DNA of 63,992 bases, counting the filler, from Welwitschia mirabilis (lineage: Eukaryota): the NCBI GenBank assembly GCA_051453625.1. It is 9 parts of one record of this genome, joined end to end, with 100 filler letters (N's around TTAATTAATTAA, not from the genome) between each part and the next. Parts side by side here need not be neighbours in the genome. Positions count along the whole stretch, not along the records: positions 49,571 to 55,553 come from JBOZIK010000001.1; positions 55,654 to 58,598 come from JBOZIK010000001.1; positions 58,699 to 62,668 come from JBOZIK010000001.1; positions 62,769 to 63,992 come from JBOZIK010000001.1; 5 more parts are not named here. One strand, 5' to 3'. The notes beneath the pieces were generated by a model. It was not told the DNA's origin and searched no databases. It saw nothing but the letters and a program-made list of their open reading frames with translations. The translations under genes were made by a program, and so were the position numbers. This document shows positions 53,301-63,992 of the stretch, in pieces (within the stretch, counting starts at the first letter, position 1; each line of letters starts with the position of its first letter).

Positions 53301-56300
53301 AAGAAAAAGGTTGTTACTAGAGGAAAATTAGAGAAGAATTGTTCGACTTTGAAATTGAACCAAAAACACAATCTTCAGGTACATACAATATTCCTTCCGA
53401 ATTTATTTTGTCTAAATTGGATTCCATTTAAGAAAATTTTGAAGAAGACAGTAATTTTACAATGTTGAGTGCTACACAAAAGTAAAATAAGTTGTAAGGT
53501 CTTGAAGCCCTAGTCCTAGTGTGAACCTCACCCTTAGAGAATTACTAGTAAATAGGAAATGAGAAATCCAAACTCCTTGTGATTTACCACCAGGAGATGA
53601 TGTTAAGTTAAATAACCTAAATGCCTATCTAATCTTTAATGATGAGCATGATGAGGATCCCCTTCAACACATCGTGAATATAAAACAATTAGTTCTTACC
53701 TTAAGGAATGGAAAGAAAAGGATTAGTAATCAAACATACATGGTTATTTTTCCCATGACATTAAAGGGAAAAGTGAAACTTTGGCTAAAAACTATACCTC
53801 ATAAAATTTTAGAGTCTTGGAATCAAGTCTAAAAAGCCTTCATTAAAAGATTCATGAGTGAAGCAACCATTAGAAAAAGGCAAAAGAAAGTAACAAATTT
53901 TCAACAACAACCAAATGAGGAGTATGCTTCGACATATGAATGCTTCTTTATAGAAATTCACTATAATCTAGTAAATGCTTTCACATAAATAGAACTAGTT
54001 AACTACTTTTATAGTGACTAAACAACCATATAAAATAACTTATAAACTTCTCTTGTAATGGAAATCTTATGAATGTCACATTAGACGATGCCTAGAAAAC
54101 ATTAAAAGAACTTGTGGAGGTTAGTCAAACTTGGTCAACATCGAAAGAAAACTACACTATAGGATAACTCATCAAAGATTTGAAAGAGATTAAATAAGAA
54201 AATAAGATAGAAGAAAACCATGTAAATCTAATTAAAAATTTCACGATTACTCTAGAAAAATATACTAAAATGATTTTATATGCCAAATTAGTAACTAAAA
54301 TGAACATTATGCCAACATGTGACTTGTGTGAGGATAATTATCACATTGCCAAAAATTGTCCACTTTTATCAGCCTATAAAGAGAAAATACATGAAGAAGT
54401 TTATACTTTCAATCAAAAATTTTTGACCTTCAGAAACAAAATTAGTCACAACCTAGGTTGACTATACAAAATTTTGACAACAAGTTTAAAAACTTTCAAA
54501 ACAAGTTTCAACCTTTCAAAAACCAATTCAAAAACTCAAACTTCCAACTAAGTCCATTACTTGTTCAACATCCAAATGATCTAATAGATGAATTTAGGAA
54601 CTCATAAGAAAAATTAAACTTTAGCATTAAAAAGACAAATGCAAGCTTAGAAAAGTAAAAATCCAACATTGAAAACTTAGTAAATACCCTTGAACAAATA
54701 ATGTTGTTAAACCAAAGACCACAGGGATCATTGGCAATACAACGTTTACCAAATCCCAATTAAATGAGAAGATATTATAAGGTTATAACACAAAGTGATT
54801 AAGAAATAAACCCTCCTCCTTATAAAACATCAACCTTCCAAAGTAACACTAGAAATGATGAGAAAGAAAAGGGCATCAAAATATTAGAAGATTATAACTT
54901 CTCTCTTCTTAGTAAAAGTAAAAAAAAAATTCTTCACAGCAATAAAAAAAGCAACTATCCACCCCTTGGCTTGATAGGCTTAAATTTAATTCAACATTCA
55001 ACAAATATCTCAAAGCCTTGATGAGAAATGTAAACATAAACTTACCCTTCTAGAAACTTTTGCAAGAAAATCCAAGNNNNNNNNNNNNNNNNNNNNNNNN
55101 NNNNNNNNNNNNNNNNNNNNNNNNNNNNNNNNNNNNNNNNNNNNNNNNNNNNNNNNNNNNNNNNNNNNNNNNNNNNNNNNNNNNNNNNNNNNNNNNNNNN
55201 NNNNNNNNNNNNNNNNNNNNNNNNNNNNNNNNNNNNNNNNNNNNNNNNNNNNNNNNNNNNNNNNNNNNNNNNNNNNNNNNNNNNNNNNNNNNNNNNNNNN
55301 NNNNNNNNNNNNNNNNNNNNNNAGAATAGAGCCTACTTGAATTCTCTTAGAATTAGTGGACATTTTAGTTAAGAAACCCTTAGATGTTATCAAAGATTTA
55401 GTGATCCAAATTAAAGAGGCATATTACTTTGTGGATGTGATTGTCATAGAAGTTGAACATAATAGAGGTTATCCATTACTTCTAGGATGATCTTTCTACG
55501 CAATAGCCCATTGCATTATTGACACAAGAATTAGGATGATGGAGTGTCATCTANNNNNNNNNNNNNNNNNNNNNNNNNNNNNNNNNNNNNNNNNNNNTTA
55601 ATTAATTAANNNNNNNNNNNNNNNNNNNNNNNNNNNNNNNNNNNNNNNNNNNNTTACTATAAGTGGGATGCTTGGGTGGAAATAGGAAAATGAGTTTAAA
55701 TTCATATCTTACCATAGTAAAACATTATCTTAAGATTAAGCAAATTATTCAACTATTGAGAGAGAAATGTTAGCCATTATCTTTTACCTTAAGAATCTTA
55801 AACATCATCTTTTAGACTTCTACATCAGTGTTTACATAGATTATCTAATGATTAAATACCTAATGACTAAGAAATATTCTAGTACTGGGTTGATTAGATG
55901 GATTCTCTTAACGCAAGAATTTAATCTCACTATCATAGATAAGGTAGGAAAACATAACAATGTGGTAGATCACTTATCATGCCTTACTTCTTCTTATGGT
56001 AATCTTCCTATTAATGATTCCTTTCTGAATGAAAAATTATTTGTTGTACCTTCTACTCATCCTCCTTCATGATATGCAAATATTGTTAGCTATCTTATCA
56101 CTTTGAAAACATCACAAAATTGGAGTCATAACCAAANNNNNNNNNNNNNNNNNNNNNNNNNNNNNNNNNNNNNNNNNNNNNNNNNNNNNNNNNNNNNNNN
56201 NNNNNNNNNNNNNNNNNNNNNNNNNNNNNNNNNNNNTTGTACCTTCTACTCATCCTCCTTCATGATATGCAGATATTGTTAACTATCTTATCACTTTGAA

Positions 56301-58598
56301 AACATCACAAAATTGGATTCAAAACCAAAGAAAATATTTTCTCCATAGGATAGATGACTATGAGTGGATAGTGCCCCATCTTTATCATAAATATAAAGAT
56401 CAGATCATGAGAAAATGTATACCTGAATGGGAAAAACTTGATATCCTTCATCTTTGTCATGGCGGTATTTGTGATAAACATTCTAATGGTCATAAAATAA
56501 TGATAAAAATTCATCACTCTAGATTCTATTAGCCTAGTCTTTTTTAAGACTCTTTTGAAGGTGTGAGGCATCTTAACATTTTGGTAGACTTTTGCAATTA
56601 TAGGAAATGCCCCTCAAATCTATTCTTGAGTTTAAATCTTTTGATTATTGGGAAATTAATTTCATAGGCCTAATTAAACCACCTTCTAAGGACAAAAGTT
56701 ATATTTTAGTGGTTGTGGATTATGTGACTAAATGGGTTAAAGCAGTTCTGACTTTCTTAAATAATGCCCCAAACATTTGCAATTTTGTTAGAGATCAAAT
56801 TTTTCAATACGTTGATTTCCTTAAATAATTATTAGTGATCAAAGAACTCACTTCATTAATTATTTTTTTAGAAAAATTCTTTTATCCATTAGTATAGAAC
56901 ATCATATAGCTAGTGCTTCTCATCCCCAAACTAATGGACAAGCTGAAAATGCTAATAGAATAATCAAAAAAATGCTTCAGAAACTTGTTTCTACAAATAA
57001 GAAGTCATGGATTTTTAAGCTAAACGATGTTCATTGGACTTATTATACCACTTGGCATAATTCACTTGGTTTTTCACCTTATGAACTTATATATGGTAAA
57101 GTTTGTTTTACCTATTGATGTTTGTTACAATTCTTATCATTCCACATATCAACTTAATCTTGTAAACTTAGAAGAAAACCTTGAAACTTGTTTAGATTAA
57201 TGGGATCATTTAGATGAAAAACGAATTCAAGCTATTTATCGTCAACTNNNNNNNNNNNNNNNNNNNNNNNNNNNNNNNNNNNNNNNNNNNNNNNNNNNNN
57301 NNNNNNNNNNNNNNNNNNNNNNNNNNNNNNNNNNNNNNNNNNNNNNNCACATATCAACTTAATCTTGTAAACTTAGAAGAAAACCTTAAAACTTGTTTAG
57401 ATTAATGGAATCATTTAGATGAAAAACGAATTCAAGATATTTATTGTCAACTTATCCACAAAGCCCAAAGTAAGTTCAAACATGATAAAAAGTTGATTCA
57501 TAAGAATTTTAAACCTAGTCCACTTGTCTTGATATACAACACTAGAGTACTTCTTCTACACAACAAGTTGATTGCAAGATGGTTAGGTACTTACCTTATT
57601 AAAAAAGTACATTCTAATGGATTTGTTGAGATTTTTAACTTAACCACTAAATAAATTTAGAAAGTTAATGGACAAAGATTGAAAATATATGAGCAACCTT
57701 CTAATGTAAACATGATAGAACCACTAGCCTATAAAGTCTCCCTCGATGAGGAGGACTTCTTTCCTACCATTGTTTAAATTTTCTCTTAGCTTTCTTCTTT
57801 ATAGGTCATTATTACATCACTTGATCATCTTTCAAACATAACTTGTGTACTTATTTTCATGACTNNNNNNNNNNNNNNNNNNNNNNNNNNNNNNNNNNNN
57901 NNNNNNNNNNNNNNNNNNNNNNNNNNNNNNNNNNNNNNNNNNNNNNNNNNNNNNNNNNNNNNNNTGACCTCAAGATGGTTAGGTACTTACCTTATTAAAA
58001 AAGTACATTCTAATGGATTTGTTGAGATTTTTAACTTAACCAATAAAGAAATTTAAAAAGTTAATAGACAAAGATTGAAAATATATGAGCAACCTTCTAA
58101 TGTAAACATGATAGAACCACTAGCTTATAAAGTCTCCCTCGATGAGGAGGACTTCTTCCCTACCTATGTCTAAATTTTCTCTTAGCTTTTTTCTTTATAG
58201 GCCATTATTACATCACTTGATCATCTTTCAAACATAACTTGTGTACTTATTTTCATGACTAGTCTTTAACTTGGACATTTTACAGTAGTAAGATTAGATT
58301 CACTCAATCTTCAAACATTCACATGTCTATGAACTTCAATTTGAAGAAAGATGCTTTATTTTTTATGTTTTTCTTAATGATGAAAATTTTTTAAATTGTT
58401 TAAGAGTATTCTTTTCTATCTCTTATCTTCTAACTTTACGTTAATCTTTTAGAGTGTTTTGATCATGTGAAATATTTTCATATGTTTCAATTTATTATGG
58501 GAGAAAAAAACCAGAGAGTGTATGTGAGTGCAATAAGGCCATGATATTTTCTATTTGAAATATCTTAAAAACATGGTCATCATGATGTCCTACTACAA
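50327..58598 (+). mobile_element. Athila-like Gypsy element, same family as 21305-31445 but retaining RNase H and integrase
   Basis: Gag DLPPGDDVKLNNLNAYLIF...DPLQHI (about 53580) is homologous to ORF 29129-29395. A putative 5' LTR spans 50327-52377 and ends CATAACA; its boundaries are tentative. Confidence 0.8.
53400..57700 (+). pseudogene. Degenerate Gypsy gag-protease-(RT missing at gap)-RNase H-integrase
   Basis: CDLCEDNYHIAKNCP knuckle, protease C-terminus YPLLLG*SF (about 55470), RNase H NYSTIEREMLAI...LIRWILLTQEF, integrase YILVVVDYVTKWVKA and HPQTNGQAE, and RWLGTY...KVNGQRLK. The RT position coincides with the spacer gap at 55554-55653. Confidence 0.9.
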
Positions 58599-58698
58599 NN
58601 NNNNNNNNNNNNNNNNNNNNNNNNNNNNNNNNNNNNNNNNNNTTAATTAATTAANNNNNNNNNNNNNNNNNNNNNNNNNNNNNNNNNNNNNNNNNNNN

Positions 58699-61600
58699 GT
58701 TGTAAACTTACTAAATGCTCATTAGGAAAACTATTTTGTGTATCCATTTTTTTAGCCTTTTTAGGGAGTTCTAATATGGATACATGATCAACCATCACAT
58801 TCTCTATTTTTGTCTTATGTGTTATCTTCAGATCAAATTCCTACATCAAAAGTATTCATCTTATGATTCGAGAATTTGCTTCCTTCTTATTCATTAAAAA
58901 CCATATAGCACTATGATCCATATGAATTTTAACCTTGTATCCTAGGATATAATGCCTAGACTTATCTAAAGATACCACTATGATCAGCATCTCTTTTTCT
59001 ATAATTGTATAGCTTTGTTGTGCAGAATTGAGATTCTTACTTATATAAGTGATAACATAGGTTTACAATTACTATCTTTCTGTCCCAAAACATCACCAAC
59101 AGCCTATTATAAAGAATCAGTCATAACATAAAAGGTTCTATCCCAATTGATTTTTTGTAAAAGAGGGACCTCAACTATATCATCTTTAAGAATTTGAAAA
59201 TATTCTTGGCATTCTTGGGTCCATTCATAGGGTACATATTTTTGTAAAAGATTATTTAATGATTTAACAATTTTACTAAAATTAGTAATGAATCTTCTAT
59301 AATACCCCGCATGATCTAAAAATGTCTTAGTTCTTTTAATTTGGTTAGTGGAGAAATTTTTTTGATGACATTAATATTTTATTCATTAGTTTCAATTCTT
59401 CTAACTGATGTTCTATGACCTAAAATAATTCCTTCAACCACCATGAGATTACCTTTAGACCAGCTTAATTTCAAATTCTGTTCTTTACACTAAGTTAATA
59501 TAGCTTCTAGTCTTTTCAAAGCTTTCTCAAAATTATTTCCAAAGGTTGAGAAGTCATCCATGAAAACCTTGACTGACCTCCCTATTATGTCTTAGAAAAT
59601 ACTACTCATTAGCCTCTAAAAAGTGGCTGGTGCATTACATAACCTAAAAGGTAAAACTTGAAAGGCACAAGTACTCCATTTACAAGTAAAAGTAGTTTTT
59701 GCTTGGTCTTTAAGAGCTATTGGAATTTGTTTATACCCACTATATCCATCTAAGAAGCTATAGTATTTATAACTAGAAATTATTTTCAAAACCTAATCCA
59801 CAAAGGATAAAGGAAAATGATCCTTATACGTAGTAGCATTTAGTAGCCTAAAATCTATGCACACTCTCCATTTATTATTTTTCTTAGAAACTATTATCAT
59901 AGAACTTATCCATTCTAAATCAGAAATAGGGTAGATGAATCCTACTTTTAATAGCCTTAAAATCTCCTTTTTAAGTACATCTTACATATGAAAATTGCAT
60001 CTTCTTTATGGTTACTTCACATGCTTTATTGTGGTATCTACATAAATGTTATGCTAATAAATTTCAAGGTCTACCTCAGTAATGTATTTATAAGTTCAAG
60101 TAAAGGCATTAGTCCATTTAGCTAACATTCTTTTTAATTTTATCTTTTGAGAATGAGTCAGATTTCCATTAATAAATAAAGGTCTTTTTTTTTGAATCTT
60201 AATGTATTCTAAACCTTCCTCAAGAGGAGGTTTCTCAAGTTCTTCTTCTTTTTCTACTAGTTTAATAGTCAAGGAGTAGTCTCTTCTTTCAACCTCTTAT
60301 TCTTCTAATAATCATTAAGCTTCTTTTATGAGGATCATTTTAGCACTATCTTCGTTATAAATAGAGGAGTGTTCAATTTCCGCCTTATTAGATATTTTTA
60401 TTTTTTGTAGTAGATCTGTTAGACTAATATGCATTACTCCTTTCCTGGAATAAATGGTTGCATTGGCTATTGCCATCCAAGGTCTTTCTAAGATGATTAG
60501 GTAAGTATTCCCTTTTATTTTCATCACAACTAAATCCACTAGATATCCAAATCCTTGTAGTTCTATTAAAGTATTCTCCATTATTCCCTCTGGCTTTACT
60601 GCAAAGCCATCTGCCATGTAAAGTTTCCCTTTAGATGGAGTTAACTAAGGACTTCTAAGTTGTTTAAATATGTTATGGGAAATGAGATTAATACTCACCC
60701 TCAAATCCACCAAATCTTCTATTTTATAGACACCTTCAATAATTATATCTACTACTAATATTCTAGGATTACTATCCTTCTTAATTTGATTTTCTTGTAG
60801 AGCTTAAGNNNNNNNNNNNNNNNNNNNNNNNNNNNNNNNNNNNNNNNNNNNNNNNNNNNNNNNNNNNNTTCTCTCTTTATTTTTCTTACTACCCTCTTTA
60901 CTACACACCTTCTTCATTTGATTCTAGTATAAGGGAATATCTTTCAACATTTTTCCTAAGGTAATTGAGGTATTTTCAAGAGCTCCGATAAAGCATTCTA
61001 CATTCTTTTATTCTTTCTTTAAGACATTTTCTATTATCTCAGTCCTCATTGAAAATGATAAGGTATCATTCATTTCTCCTTCTGTTGAACTATTTTCAAC
61101 CAAGATTTCATTTTTCATGATTTCGTTCTCTTTTCTAGGTGGTGAAAGATGGCTTCTACCTAATGTAGTTCTAATAACTTTACAACCAACTTATCTTAGA
61201 TTTGATTGGGGTTGTGCAAGTATAGAAGGTTCTTCATGTTTTTTTTCTTTATTTTATTGTTGATGATGACTAGATTCTCCTTCTCTATTTCTCTAATTCC
61301 TAAAATAATAATATCTCTTTGATTGCACAAATCTCTGTATTGGGGTTTCTTTCTTACCTTTAAATTTTCTAGCCTAGTTAGGATATTACTTATTCTTGAT
61401 TTGAGAAGTACTATTAGGATATAATGAATTCTATTAATATCTAACCATTTAACAAAACTTGCCATTTATAGATATTTTATAGGATGGTGATTCTCCTCAT
61501 TATAGTATTCATAGGTTTTTACTTCTTCTTCTTGTTTTAATCTATTAATTTTACCTATTAGATCTTCTATATTTTATTAGTTTCTTCTAATATGCTTACA

Positions 61601-62668
61601 TGCTTAGTCTCTATTTCTTTTTCTACCATAACTTCATTAATCTTTATATTTTCTTCTTCTTCATTTTGAGATCACCCCTGACTCATTGTATATAATTTTT
61701 GTATACTACTTTTAATCTCTTGGATGCTATCATTTCTAATGTTGCCTTCATGAAGAATATCTAGCTTCTTCAAAGAATCACTCCATGGATCTCTTAACAA
61801 GACTCTTATTCATCCCCTAAGAGTTATCTCATGGTTTGAGCCTCTTGCTAGTAAAATCCAATATCTATCCATGACTTCATCAAATTTCTAGTGTTCTTTC
61901 TATTTGACATTCAAAATTTGATCTCTCAGATCTTCAATGAATCATACAGGTTGATATTTATTCAAAAACACTGAGCTTACAGAGTTCTATGTTTTAAAAG
62001 TATAGTTTGAAAATTTATAAAATCATAGTTAGACATCTCCCTTTAAGAAAAAAGGAAAATATCTTAAGAAATCTAAGTTATTTTCTAAGTAGTTAGCCTT
62101 GCAAAAAGAATCAAAGATATTTAAATGAAGCATAGGTTTTTTATTTTTCCTACCTTTAAAAGTGAGGATATTAGTAGTATTTATGTTTATTATCTTATCA
62201 AGAGTCTCCAAAATTGCAAGATCTATAGGGGTAGGTGTACGAGATGTATAATAGTCAATACACAAAGAAGTAGAATCGACTGCTTCTTCTTCATCCTAAT
62301 ATAGCCCTTCTGGTTCTTGTGCTTTTTCTTTCTTTGTTTAAGTTTGCATCAATAGGTTTATCTTATGTTATAACTTTGTTTGACCTCTTTTAAGTGTTTT
62401 CATATCTTCTATGAAGTTGTAGGAATCAATTTTAGTTATTGTAGTATCATTGATTGCTTCATCTAATTTGTATTTCTCAGGGTTCTAAACATATCGTCCC
62501 TTTTCATCCCTCCATCGTCCATGGTTCTATTTTCTCAAAAAGGACTTTATTACTTCTAACAAAAGGCTAGAAGTACCCTTCTTCTAGTGCCAAAATGATA
62601 AGCCTGGAATTTAACTAAAAATACTATAAAATAGTTAACAAGTTTTAACAAAATACTTAAAAAGAAAC
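58699..62668 (-). mobile_element. Gypsy (Athila/Tat-like) element: LTR end, PBS, gag, protease, RT, RNase H
   Basis: LTR end at 62596 followed by a PBS-like TTTTGGCACTAGAAGAAGGG (about 62577-62595; cognate tRNA not assigned). Protease LVDLRVSINLI (about 60700) and IILERPWM, RT FLDGYSGYKQI (about 59740) and VFMDDFS (about 59560), RNase H IRWILLM*EF (about 58840-58870). Related to the 1424-2971 fragment. Confidence 0.9.
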
Positions 62669-62768
62669 NNNNNNNNNNNNNNNNNNNNNNNNNNNNNNNN
62701 NNNNNNNNNNNNTTAATTAATTAANNNNNNNNNNNNNNNNNNNNNNNNNNNNNNNNNNNNNNNNNNNN

Positions 62769-63992
62769 AATCTTAAGATATCAAGGAGTGTTCTTTTCTA
62801 TCTTTTACTTTACTTATTCACCTTAGTATTTCTTAAGTGTGTGATTCTATGGTAATTATCCTTTTTGTTAATATTAAAATAAAAGTAAAAAGCATGATGT
62901 CTACCGCAAGTACCCTAGGGCAAATATTTCCAAGAGGAGCCTTTGGTAGTATAATATGGTAGCTGTGGGAACTCCACTGGGGGGTCAATTAGCCATGCTT
63001 CGCCGGTCCTTACTCCTTTGATAGTGGTTGCACTCCCCTCATCATTGAAAAAGAAATAACACATCTTTCCACTTGCTCATTTCACTTTTGGAAGACTTCA
63101 ATGAGTTAGTAGGTAGAAATAGATGAGTCCATTTTTAAGTAACTTTTAATTTTGACCTTTATTGTTCTACACACTTAAAACCTTGGATATCGCTATAACC
63201 ACTACCCTTTTGAATGAACTTTATCAAGTTAATACATTATGTCATGCATCTTTAATCAGGTAATATTATGATGTTTTCCTTTAGAGTTTGCTACGTTAGT
63301 ACTTAGACTAGGTAAACATTCTTCTTCTTGTTTCTTGTGTCTATTTCTCCTCTGGTTTTCTTCTATTTTCATGTCTACTATTCTCTAGTCATTTTCACAT
63401 TTTCTTCTTTCCTTAAGACTTTACTAGTTTAGTAGTTTTTCATTCTAGTAATTTTTACATTTTTCCTTTTCATTAGTTTAGGCAATTCGGGACGTATTGC
63501 ACATTTTAAGTGGGGGACAGGATATACATATATTTTTAATATCGCATATTCCTGATCCAATTTTTTTGATCATGATAAATCATTATTGCAAATGCTTCTT
63601 AATTTTTACATGATTATATTTAAATATCTATTACAAGAGGAGTTGTTTATAAAAACTTTATAATTAATACAAAATTTGTTTTCTGTCATAGATTCCAGAT
63701 TCTAAAAAATGTTTAAAGAGCCTGTCATTCTAACTATCGTTCAGATGACATACTAGACGACATACACTTTTGATACTCTACAGGCATTTAAATTCAGCTT
63801 TTAAATTTTTAAAAATTTAGTTTATTACGGCTACCTTTTTGTTAGATACTTCCCATTACATATCCTAGTTTTTATTTTTTAAAAGTTGGCTTACAAACAT
63901 GGTTTACCACTTGGTTTTTTAAGGGACTAATGAGGCTAAGTGGAGGACTATGTTGTGACGCCAACTTAGATGTATTTGATAGGGTATTTTGA
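62769..63992 (+). mobile_element. 3' non-coding region, PPT and start of the 3' LTR of another Athila-like family member
   Basis: GCTAAGTGGAGGACTA followed by TGTTGTGACGCCAACTT at 63951 matches the reverse complement of 22372-22404. It also shares the conserved motif at 62893-63045 with 23299-23466. Confidence 0.8.

Larger units (their letters stand above)
2972..62768. other. Eight artificial 100-bp scaffold spacers (44 N + TTAATTAATTAA + 44 N)
   Basis: At 2972-3071, 12126-12225, 37613-37712, 40353-40452, 49471-49570, 55554-55653, 58599-58698 and 62669-62768. The 12-mer encodes stops in all six frames. Confidence 0.95.

Overview
This is very AT-rich, gap-ridden eukaryotic (land-plant) intergenic DNA made almost entirely of old, nested, heavily decayed transposable elements. 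I found no intact host gene, RNA gene or prokaryotic system. In order along the window: the end of a CACTA DNA transposon cutting a Ty3/Gypsy integrase; several L1-type LINE remnants; an RTE/RTEX-like LINE; a near full-length L1 carrying a tRNA-derived SINE; a complete two-LTR Athila-like element lacking RT/RNase H/integrase core (21305-31445); a probable hAT transposase ghost; a non-coding two-LTR element; a SIRE-like Ty1/Copia; and further Athila-like Gypsy elements. All reading frames are broken, mostly by G>A/C>T changes (for example TGG to stop). Many ORFs in the supplied track are artefacts of N-runs. Eight TTAATTAATTAA spacer gaps and about 16 near-identical duplications beside 100-N gaps are assembly artefacts. 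The best candidates for follow-up are a conserved, apparently structured non-coding motif in the 3' region of the Athila-like family, a SINE with a duplicated body, the RTEX-like LINE and the gag-protease-only element. All translations and alignments were done by eye, and boundaries without TSD, TIR or LTR support are approximate.
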